Shown: positions 1 through 10,060 of the stretch, in pieces | How positions within the stretch are numbered: position 1 is the first letter of the stretch | Layout: every line of letters begins with the position of its first letter | NCBI RefSeq assembly: GCF_009834535.1 | Contig: NC_045701.1 | Location: forward strand, 32,426,001 to 32,490,000 | Direction of reading: 5' to 3' | DNA length: 64,000 bases | Source: Camelus ferus | Lineage: Eukaryota | The notes under the pieces: model-generated | What the model was told of the DNA's origin: nothing | The model's database searches: none | The model's input: the letters and a program-made list of their open reading frames with translations, nothing else | Translations under genes and position numbers: made by a program

Positions 1-169
1 TGCTCAGCTTGTAGCTATTATGATTAATAAGTATATCCGCAAAATGCCTCAAAAAAGTAATACAAAAATTTCTGTGTGCTCTTGACTGTACTCAAGACAT
101 GCGCACATGAAAACACAAGTAGTGGAATGTGGGCTCCTTTTCGCAGGTACGAGGGGCATCGACGCAAAC

Positions 170-365
170 TTTCACCGTCTCCTGCCTCCACGCCTTTGCT
201 CTTTATTCCCTTTGACTAATGTTGCTCATCCTTCAAGCTTCGTCTTAAGTGTCCCTCTTTCATGAAGCTTTTCCAGACTACCCCAACTAAAACTACTCTC
301 TCCCGCCTCTAAATCACCATGCTGTTCTGTTTGAAATTATTTTATGGAACTTATTCCACTTTCCT
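170..365. mobile_element. Degenerate L2 LINE fragment
   Basis: L2-like phrases such as gctcatccttcaagct...ctttcatgaagcttttccagactacccc. Confidence 0.5.
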
Positions 366-389
366 TTTTCCTTTTTGCAATGTTTATTA

Positions 390-2345
390 AAATCCTGACT
401 TGGGAACAGATAGACGAATCAATAGAATGAAATAGAATCCAGAAATAGGCCCAAATACCATATGGGAGCAATAAAAATAATCAAGGCATTGGGGGGGATA
501 ACACAGATAGTGCTGAGATAACTGATTAATCATTTGGGAAAAACACTAACCTGGATCTCTATCTCACTTCCCATAAAGGGCAAATATTAGATGGCCCAAA
601 GATTTTCACATACACACACACACACATACACAAACCTACATTGAATAACTACACAAAAACATGAGTGAATTATTTATATTCTTGGAGTAAGAAAGGCCTT
701 TCTCAGCATGACATGTAACTCAGATGCCATAAGAGAAAAGATAAATAAATTTGATTCTGTAAAAATTTAAAACATCTATGTGGCATTAAAAAGATATAAA
801 CTCAAAAGTCGAACTGGGAAAAACACTTGCCACACGTGACAGTCAAATGGTTAACTTCCTTTCATAAAGAGTTTAGAAGAATAAATCCTAACATAAATAA
901 TCAACCCAATAAAAGTGAGACAGGAGGGAAGGGGGCAGAGCACAACCATTCAAAGAATGACACAGCAATTAGCACCAAGAAGGCAGAAAATTCAACTCCC
1001 AGTAGACTTTGAGCTTAATATACGCTCATTGAAACGCAATAGCTGCTAAGTGGCACTCTCACAGGTGCTGAGACAGTTTCACGGTTGACCATAAGAGGTC
1101 AAAAAGTGGGTGATGGCTGGTTCCTGGGAATCCCAGCCCCTCCCCAAAATTAATTGGAACAATCCTCCCACTTGTTAGCATATGAAGTTACCGAGCCCAT
1201 AAAAACTAACAGCGCTGCATGGCCGATCTCACTTTCCTAAATGACCCCATGCTCTGGGGCCACCTCTCACCTCTCGAGATGGCCTGAATTCTGCCTGTGG
1301 AATGTGTGTCTCCTAGGCCTCTGTCGCTCTCTCCCACCTGCTGAGACAGCCCGCACTCTGTCTATGGAGTGTGCCTCTCTCTGAATAAATGTACCTCCAC
1401 TCTCCTGTGGCTCACTCTTGAATTCCTTCCTGCACCAAACCAAGGACACTCACTTTGCCGGGCACATCCCAGAGGCTCAGCCGAGACCTGAGACATGACC
1501 ACCCTCTCGTGCCCCGTTTTCCTGCAGCAGAAGTGAAGAGAAGACATAAACAAGCAGTTTATGAAACAAACACAGATACCTGCGAACATATGAAAAACTA
1601 ATCATCTTAATAGAGAAATATAAATCAAAAATACGTCTTTTACACAGATTGGCAAAAATTAAAATGTTTGGTGAAACTGAGTGCTATGAGGGGGTGATGA
1701 AATGGACACCATCACACAGAACTGCCTTTTCAGGAAGAGTCCCTAAGATGGGAAAAGGGCACAGCTTTTCTGGAGGGCAGCTGGCAATTTCTCTCAAAAT
1801 GTCAAAGGCACATACCCTTTGCCCTGTGGCTTCCAGTATTTACCTTGGTCCGCTACAAACAAGTTCTCCTAAATGTACAAATATGCTATTGAAACATCCT
1901 AAATGTCAGAGAAAAAATAAACAACTGAAGTAGACTTTAGTGGGTGGTCGATGAATGATCGTCCATCCAGATAATGAAAGAAGGAATAAGGATGAAGCAG
2001 ATCTGTCCGGTCCCACTCACAAAACATATAGCAACAAGCTAGAGAGTGTGTGTACACTGACACACACAAATGTGTCAAACATAAAAATGATGAACGCTGA
2101 GTAAAGTCTTTAGTCTGGTTAACAGTGTTGCACCCCTGCCAGCGTCCTGGTCTTGACATGGTACTACAGATATCGCCACTGTGAGACGCCACCATGGGGG
2201 AAGTGGGGGGAAAGAAGGGTACATGGGGACTCTGTGTACTACTTTTGAGTTCATAATTACTGTGAGGCTATAATACTTTCGAAATAAAAATTTTAAAAAG
2301 AAAAAAAACAACAAGATGCAGAAGGTGTGTATTGTATGATCTCCT
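390..2345 (+). mobile_element. Old L1M LINE (ORF2 end and 3'UTR), split by an LTR at 916-1529
   Basis: L1-like phrases aatagaatgaaatagaatccagaaataggccc, ggatctctatctcacttc, attggcaaaaattaaaatgtttgg, cttttctggagggcagctggcaat. The L1 reads on after the LTR. Confidence 0.75.
916..1529 (+). mobile_element. ERV1 solo LTR, MER41-like
   Basis: TG...CA ends (tgagacagga...cctgcagca), AATAAA at 1384-1389, near-perfect 4-bp flanks aaag/gaag, colinear similarity to the LTR at 14891-15371. Confidence 0.8.
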
Positions 2346-3935
2346 GGTTTTTCACAAGCATCAAAGGGTAAGAACAATCCCTATGTCATTAAATTTAATC
2401 TGAGTGAAAAAAGCTTATGTTACCGGAAAGACAAACCCACCCGCCCCCTTCGCTCCTGAGGGGTTGCTTGAGGCAGGAGGATAATAAGTTCTTAAACTAG
2501 CCCCACTCCCTTTGCAGAGATTAGAAAAGAGTGAGTTTCTGCTCAAGAACTGGATCTGGCCCAACAAAGAGAGAGCCCTCGGAAGCAGACCACTCTGTCG
2601 TTTTGGCAAGTCTCATGACAGTCCTCACTCATTTCATACCGAAGGCCTCTGATGCTGTTCTGAAACCAGGACAGGGCGCCTGAACCTGCTCTGCATAATA
2701 ATGGTAAATATTATCTCCACCCTGGGGCGGGCTGGCACCTCCAGGGAAATGGTTTGCTTTCTTTTGTGGCTTTAGGTCGCATTGTCTCTCAGAATTGCTG
2801 TTGGTTCTTGGAAGGAGTGTGGGTGAGTGGGGTGTATGTGTGTGCGCGGGCTCGTGCGCGCGCGCTCCCTGGATCCAAAAATTCACAGAAAAATAAAATA
2901 CTTTTGGAGGGGCGAGGGAACATTTCATCTCATACCAGCAGAGAAGTCTCAAGGAAAACACACAGAGCTCCAGCGCTGGCCTCGCATGCTTGTACTAGCC
3001 TGAGACTGTCAAAGCCCACTCTGCAATTTTCTGCTCAAGCCCCCATCATAAAACGCTAACTGGCAGGAATTGCAGCTACAGAGTGCCCTTGACATTGTAC
3101 AGCGTCCTGATGCTCTGATTCGGGGGGAAAGGACAGATCCTCAGGGAGAACACCCGCTGTGTGTTGGGAGGGGGTTCTTGTGTTTAAAAGATTCTGAAGA
3201 AAAGAGACTGTCAGTGAGTCCCCAGCAAAGCAGATGCCTGGTTGAAGTTAGGAGCCCAAAGGGTTTAGTTACAGTAACACTGTAAAAGAAAAAGGGAGGA
3301 AGCAGGGTTAAGAAGGGGGAGTAATAAAAAATTCAAAGACCTTAATTTGAAACTAGTAATTTTTCTGATTTAAGCATTTGGGGCATCATACTGATTTCTC
3401 TCCATTTTCTTAGAGTTTGTTTTTGTTTTTTAAACAGATTTTCCCTATTCTAGATCTAATTTTGGGGGGATATAAGGTAATTTTGCACCATCAACTCTAA
3501 TTATTATAATTAAATAAAGGCAGTTAATGTGCACCAGGAAAAAAAAAGGAGGAGCTGTTGGACCCCAAGATGCAGATCTGACCAACGCCAGCCCTACAGG
3601 AAGCCCCAGAGCAAAGATGCCCCTGAGAGGAGCCCCATGTTAGGCAGAAATGGTGAGGTCCTTGTACTATGTCCTGCTCAGTCACTAGCTTGGCCACCCT
3701 CAGAAGGCGTTAACTGTCAGCTGGAGGTGACAGCTAATCAGACTCCCAGCAGCCAAAGTGGGTCCTTTCTAGAAGGTGGATCTGAGCTGTTATCTGCATC
3801 TCCATGTCTGCCACAGGGACTGTCTCTGAGGGAGGCGGTGGAGGAAACCACGATTTTGAGAACAGGGCTAGGAATTTGGTTGTGCCCATAAAAGATCCAG
3901 TGTGAAGTCATATTAGGCATCCTGTCTGGGGAATT

Positions 3936-4938
3936 TGTCCTCCTAAAAAGATGCACAACGTGAGAGCTGTGAGTTCAGTTTTATTTGGAGTTTACTGAAC
4001 ACTATAGCCCGGGAGACAGCCTCTCAGGCAGCTCTGAGGAACTGCTCTGAAAAGATGAGGGGGAGGTCAGTATATATGTGATTTTGGTGAAGGGAGTACG
4101 TGCAACCAAGTACACGTCTCGGTAGAAGGTTGCTGCTAGTCATGAGGAGACGGAAATATGTCTCCATTCATGACTTTGGTATTTTTCTTTTTTTTTCTTT
4201 TTCAGATTTATTAGGTAAAATTATTACAGTTTGAATGCACATACACATTATGTTGCATGTAAATACATATATACAGTATACTGCACTTTTTTTTAGTTTA
4301 CATATATGTACTGATCATTGTTTCTAAGAACAGATTAGAGCTTTAGCTTTTAAAACTTACATAGATATCAAAGGAATAAAGCCAACTACAAAATAAGAAT
4401 CAGCAGAATGTGTTTCTCCAACCATAATGGACAGTCAAATTTGTTTACATGTATTCAAGAAATCAATCGTCTAAATTATAAATAAATGGTAGTTCATTTT
4501 TGTCCTTATTATTTTTAGATTCCTTATATAAGTGATGTCATATGGCATTTTTCTTTCTCTTTTTGGCCCACTTCACTTAGAATAATGATCTTCAGGTCCA
4601 TCCTCATTGCTGCAAATGGCATTATTTTATTCTTTTTTATGGCTGAGCAGTGTTCCATTGCATATATGTACACTTTCTTTATCAAGTCATCTGTTGATGG
4701 ACATTTGGGTTGTTTCCATGTCTTGTTGACTTCAGTGTTTTTCTAGGTATGAGAAGATGCAAGAAATTGCATTCCTAAAATTTTCTCTTGAAAATATTTA
4801 ACTATCTGAAGGGCTATTCTTCCATATTTTCCCAGAGCACAGAGTGCCTCATTCCTGATCCCCACCCTGAACTCCTTAAGGGTCAGGAACTTCAGTGGCT
4901 AATGACTCAATCCTTGTAGAGCTGAATGGTGAGTGACA
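3936..4938 (-). mobile_element. ERV1 solo LTR interrupted by a retroposed insert (4189-4726)
   Basis: Minus strand begins TGTCACTCACC and ends ...GGACA. Minus-strand AATAAA at 3984-3979 and a TATA-like box near 4071-4078. Confidence 0.7.
4189..4726 (-). mobile_element. 5'-truncated retroposed insert: L1 3' segment (about 4490-4726) plus non-L1 AT-rich segment plus poly(A), with an 18-bp TSD
   Basis: T tract at 4189-4202. Flanks tgactttggtatttttct (4171-4188) and tgacttcagtgtttttct (4727-4744) match 15/18. Typical L1 text catctgttgatggacatttgggttgtttccatgtcttg. Confidence 0.75.
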
Positions 4939-5293
4939 TTCTTTAGTTTGCAATTGTAACTCACTCTACCCCCAACTCTTCATTAATTTTTTGGTGCAAT
5001 GGCACTGTGAGGGAAAGAGGGTAAGGCAGCTGTGGAAATGTGGCCTTCCTCATCTGCCCTTGCCCTAAGCCTGTGTCCCAGCAGCCATTTGAAACCACGC
5101 AAGGGCTAGAATCCTGGAGTTCCCAGGAGGGACGAGAGCAGAGAGCACGGAGGCCCAAGATGAAACCAACTGCTCCTTGAAAATAAACACCCTTCACCAT
5201 TAGCACCCCTTTTCAAGTACAGCAGAAGAAAGCAGTCCTGGGCAGGAGGAACAAGAGAAACTGATGCCTGTCTTGTAAGAATCTTTGACTGCT

Positions 5294-5411
5294 AGTGGGA
5301 GGGGATAGCTCAGCGGTAGAGTGCATGCTTAAAATGCAGGAGGTCCTGGGTTCAATCCCCAGTACCTCCATCAAAAGTAAATAAATAAACCTAACTATCT
5401 ACCCCCGACGG

Positions 5412-5442
<31 letters not shown>

Positions 5443-5444
5443 AG
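5294..5444 (+). mobile_element. tRNA-Ala-derived SINE (camelid vic-1-like)
   Basis: A box tagctcagcggtaga, B box gggttcaatcccc, A-rich linker, long poly(A). TSD agaatctttgactgct (5278-5293) / agaacctttgcctgct (5445-5460). Confidence 0.9.
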
Positions 5445-6380
5445 AGAACCTTTGCCTGCTGCTGTATAGCATTTCTGAAAAGAACCTGTACACACACTGA
5501 GTGGATGATTTCTGAATAGAGTTTGTGAACAACTGCCTAAATACAGGGAAATCAGTTAAAAACTGAAAAACCAGAAACTGAATAAGCTCTATGACAGAGT
5601 TATGAGATTCTAGATAGAGCAGTATCTCACAAAATTAATACACCATCACATGGAAATAGGCAAAGACCAGGTCAGTCCCTGGCACCTACAGACACAGTCA
5701 CTGCTTTCATTTTATCTTGTTGTTTTGGTTGTTTTGTGGGGTTTTTTTTTAGTAAATTTGTTGCCAACATTTAAGAATCAAATATTTCGTAGTAAAATCC
5801 AGATTTCTACCTTCTGTTTAAAATTCCTAAGATTTGGCAACGGCCTTGTCAATGCCAAATATGATAAAACTGAATGAGCCTTAGGTCTGCAAGCTGCAGG
5901 TCAAAGGAATCCACCAGTCCCCATTGGCTCCCAGCCACTGAGGCTAAGGCATGCTGCCTCTTGTCACACTTACACCACCCACCAAAAGTTTAAACCATTC
6001 TACATACGATGTAGAAGAGGGTAGGGCAGCAGGTAAATTCACTTTAGAAAAACAAATCCATCAAAACTCGTTATATCTTTCTTAAGGTCATTTGACCATA
6101 GCCATCAATTTAAAACATTTGACCCAGGATACAAATGTACTTGCACCAATACAAAATATACATACATCCAAGGTTGTTCATTGTAGCGTTGTTTGAAACA
6201 GCAAAACACTGGAAGCTACTTAAACGTTCATCAGTAGGAGACTAACTAAAGTTATGGAATATCTACATAATAGAATACTGTACAGCTATTTTTAAAAGGG
6301 AGACAGAGAATAAAGTAGATCTATTGTGTACCACTCAGAACAGTCTCCAAGAAAGTATTTTAAGAAACAAAAGAAAACAC

Positions 6381-6525
6381 GGGGAGGGGATAGCTCACGT
6401 GGTAGAGTGCATGCTTCCCATGCACAAGGTCCTGGGTTCAATCCCCAGTACCTCCTCTAAATATAAAATAAATAAAACTAATTACCTCCCTCCCCCAAAA
6501 AAACACCAAAAATAAAAGAAAGAAA
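6381..6525 (+). mobile_element. tRNA-Ala-derived SINE (vic-1-like)
   Basis: ggggaggggatagctcacgtggtagagtgcatgc...gggttcaatccccagtacctcc plus the same aaataaa..ctaattacctccc linker seen in the 5294 copy. Confidence 0.9.
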
Positions 6526-6690
6526 ACAACAAGGTCCTAATGTATAGCACAGGAAACTACATTCAATATCTTGCAATAACCTATAATGAAAAAGAATATG
6601 AAAAGAATATACATATATATATATATAGAACTGAATCACTATGCTGTACAGCAGAAACTAACACAACATTGTAAATCAACTACTAAAGAA
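6526..6690 (+). mobile_element. Cetartiodactyl-type L1 extreme 3' end
   Basis: aacaacaaggtcctaatgtatagcacaggaaactacattcaatatc...ctgaatcactatgctgtacagcagaaactaacacaacattgtaaatcaactac. Confidence 0.85.
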
Positions 6691-9589
6691 AAAATGAAAG
6701 AGAGAAATGGGGAAAAGGAAGAAAGAAAAGAATCAAGCAATTTATAGGACAGTATGTGTAGTGTCATTCCATTCATGGGAAACATTTTTAAGGGAAAAAT
6801 GCATATAAATGCATAGGAAGCTTCTGGAAGGATATATAAGACCAAGAGCTATATGGGGAGCAAGTAGAAGAAGCATAGGGTCGAGTGACTTTTTTACTTT
6901 TCACTTTGTAACCCTCTGTCTCTTTTAAAAATCATAAAAATGTATTTTCTGTAATTTAAAGGATACTTTAATGATTACACAAAAATGCACTAATGCTGAA
7001 AGTAAAATTCCACTTCAGAGAAAATTAATTTCCCAGAAAACTGTCATTCTCCAACAATGTCAGAAAAATTAAGTGTAGCTATTCAACATTGACAATAGGT
7101 CAGGTTGTCATGACTCACTCTGATTTCACATATGGAAATAAAACTGTCTACCTCACTGGCTTAGACGTCTTCAATAAAATTTATAAAAAGCAGCCAAGAG
7201 TCCCTGGTGCTTAGTAAGTGTTCAATAAAATTCACTATTATCACACAGCCCTCCCACACCAACCAATCCTGACTTGTGTCAGTGATGCATGAGTCAATGA
7301 CCAATGCGGAATGGCCACTGCAAAATGCAAGACCTAAATTCCATCCCAGGTGACTTTCCCTCCACACTGCACTCAGCCCTTGAAGAAGATGGAAGTCTAG
7401 TCCTCAGTCATGGAGGCCTTTCCACAAACACCGCAGATGGTGCCACCTCCACACAAGAACAATCCCATTACCTATTAAAGTTCCCATTTCGAAAAGACTC
7501 CTACACGCATATGTATTTCCCCCAAAGATTTCCTACCCCCGTCTCCAATAAGCCAGCCTGGAGTGGGAACTAGAGATTCCCACACTTCTTGCCTTCCTTC
7601 TAGCCTTTTCCATTCACAGATGCCTTCCCTAATGCCCCCTGTGCTCTCCCAAAAGAAATGGTGCTGGAGACCAAATATTGACGCTGCCCAGACAAGGAGG
7701 GGTCATGAGATGTTCACGAGCTCTCAGGCCAGAATTCTCTTTTCCCAAAACCCTTTGCTCTTGTGGGTGTGGTCTCCCTCAGCCTTCCTACCCCAAAACT
7801 CAGCCCCTGGATCCTGCTGCCCACCTCTGGGCAGGAGGTGAAGAGAGATCAGATAGGCCCTGCAGGCCTGTCCCTTTGAACCAAAAGCCAGAGAGGCTCT
7901 GCTTGGGTCCTTCTACATCCCCTCCCCCAGCCCCGCACACAGGTGGGGAACGCTGGGAAGGGTTCCCACAGTGCATTAGCTTTGAGCCGGTCAGGAGGAA
8001 GAGTGTCATGCTATCCAGCCTCTGTTGTCAATAATTCATGAGGTTCAGACTGAGGGGCACCAGTCAGAGAGTCAGTTTTCCCCAGACATGGGGAAATTTA
8101 GACTCAAGCTTTCTTATCTCATCGGGATGTGCTGAGTCCTGCAGCTGTAACATCTCATTTGAGAAATAAACTATAAATCCAGTGCATGCTTGTTCTATCA
8201 CTCACTATTCATACACCCCCTTCTGAATGCTGAAATCCTTTTTAGCTGCTCAGCTGTCCTACACATACACTAAATGAATCTTTAGCAAGTCTGAATTTTA
8301 TTAAACAGCAATTCCCAGAACTGAATTTCACAGATCAGGATTCTCTCTCCTAATTGTAGGGACTGACATCGAGTTGCCAGACGGGTGATTTCACGAACTA
8401 ACAACACTTTTCTCAACCTACCCGTCTGCTTCCATCATCTTCTCTTAACAAAAAGACTAGCACCAAAAAAAAAAAAAAAAAAAAAGGAGCAATAGCATGT
8501 CCCAGAATAAAGGACTATCTGTTAAGTTAAATATGCTCAGCTTTATGAAACTGACTATGTTGTCTTTATTTTTCTCTTTTTGCCTTGAACTAGTGAAAAC
8601 TTTGCCAGAGATCAGCACAACTTCTCAGTCCAGCATTTGGAGACCACTGGGTTAAACCAGTTCAGGCTGGCACTGGGTCTGGTGGGGCCTTTCTACAGTA
8701 TACCATAAGCCATCTAGATTTATTAATTCTCCCAGAAACCCAGGAGGCAGATCATTTCAGTCCACTTGGCGGAAGTAGAGGCTGAAGTCTTGGATGCAGA
8801 ATTTATAGCTGGAGAGGACCTTATCCATCATCTACTCCAGCATCCTCAGTTTGGAGACGAAGAGCCTGGCCTATGGCGGCAATAATAATTACTCTAAGGT
8901 GGCAATAATTACTAAGTGTTTAGTAGTTTACAGCTTATAAAGTGCTTTTATATCCAACCAATATTTTTGAACTAGGATGGAGGCTAAGACCTGGGGACAT
9001 AGTGATTACAGAGAACTTGAGTGCTCCTGAGTTCTCCATATTTCTACCACTGACTGGGGGACACTCTAGCCTCCCTGCCACCACTCAGGCCTGAAAAAGG
9101 AGATGTCCTCTTGGGATGGAGGGTATAAGAGATCCTGTCCAGTCAGGATCTTTATCTCCACACACTGGTTCCCACTGGTGGTGGGAGTCTGCCCTCCAGG
9201 CCTGTGGAAATGGAGGAGATCTTGAGCCAGAGTGAAGGGCAGTGCCGGCCTAGCCCAGCTGCTCCCCAAAACATCTCTTAGGCTCCTCCACCCTCACCTG
9301 AGACCCTCATGTGGTGGATTCCGTGGGGACCACGGGCCTCACGCCCAAGGGCAATCTCAAAATATTCACCCTTCTGTGGCTTGTTTCATAGGTAGACCTG
9401 AACTTTCATGGAAAACGAAGTCCATCTTGACGTTCTGGAAAGTAAAAGCAACCCACTCAAAGTCTTCTCTCCCCCAAGAAAAGAAGTGGGCAAGCAGATG
9501 TAGAAGGAGGGGTGGGGGGACAGGGGATTCTGCGGGTTCCCGAAGATGGGGGCAGCCCTACTGGAAACCTGAACCTACAGCACTGTCCC

Positions 9590-10060
9590 ACACAGGCTGG
9601 GGAGGCCGAGGCGCCGCGGTCACAGCCGGCAGGGGGCGCCCGCGGCCACAACTGGCCCCCGGCGCAACGGGCCGGTGCCGAGGGGGACGAGCCGTCCAGA
9701 CCTCCGGCTGGTGGGGGGGGGGGGGGGGGGGAGGGAGAGGAGCCGGAAGCTGAGAGGGAGCGGGCAGCTGCGAGGGGAGCGGGCAGCTGCGAGGGGACCG
9801 CGCAGCGGGGCGGGGTGGCGGCACGCCCCTCGCCCTGCCCCTTGCCCTACTCTGCTGACGCCACCCCTGCGCGCTGGAGAACCCTGAACCCGGCCGGCGC
9901 CATGCAGAAGACGGGGCTGGTGCTGAGTGCTTGTGCCCGGACGTGGAAATCGGTGCGGATGGCCAGCTCCGGGGTGGCGCGCCTGAACCCGCTTGAGAAT
10001 AAGGTGGCCCTAGTCACGGCCTCCACTGATGGGTGAGTGCCCAGGCCGGTGTCTCTGAGG
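9590..10060. promoter_or_regulatory. DHRS4: CpG-island promoter of DHRS4
   Basis: CpG-dense. ETS-type CCGGAAG at about 9743-9749, GC box GGGGCGGGG at about 9807-9815, G19 run at 9713-9731, overlaps exon 1. Confidence 0.8.

Larger units (their letters stand above)
6120..6960 (+). mobile_element. Old L1ME-type 3' fragment interrupted by the SINE/L1 composite
   Basis: ggttgttcattgtagcgttgtttgaaacagcaaaacactggaag...aatagaatactgtacagc, continuing after about 6730. Confidence 0.6.

Noticed and set aside
827-1012. 61-aa ORF ending in the peroxisomal signal SRL, like DHRS4
   Set aside because: It straddles an L1/LTR junction, starts at a GTG and has no SDR similarity. Coincidence.
6381-6456. tRNA-like sequences (also 5297-5370 and 55090-55175) as real tRNA genes
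   Set aside because: Inconsistent anticodons, disrupted stems, A-rich tails and a TSD identify them as SINEs.
9512-9901. 130-codon in-frame open extension upstream of the DHRS4 ATG
   Set aside because: It starts at GTG and crosses the G-run and promoter repeats. Stop-free frames are expected in CpG islands, and it probably begins upstream of the TSS.
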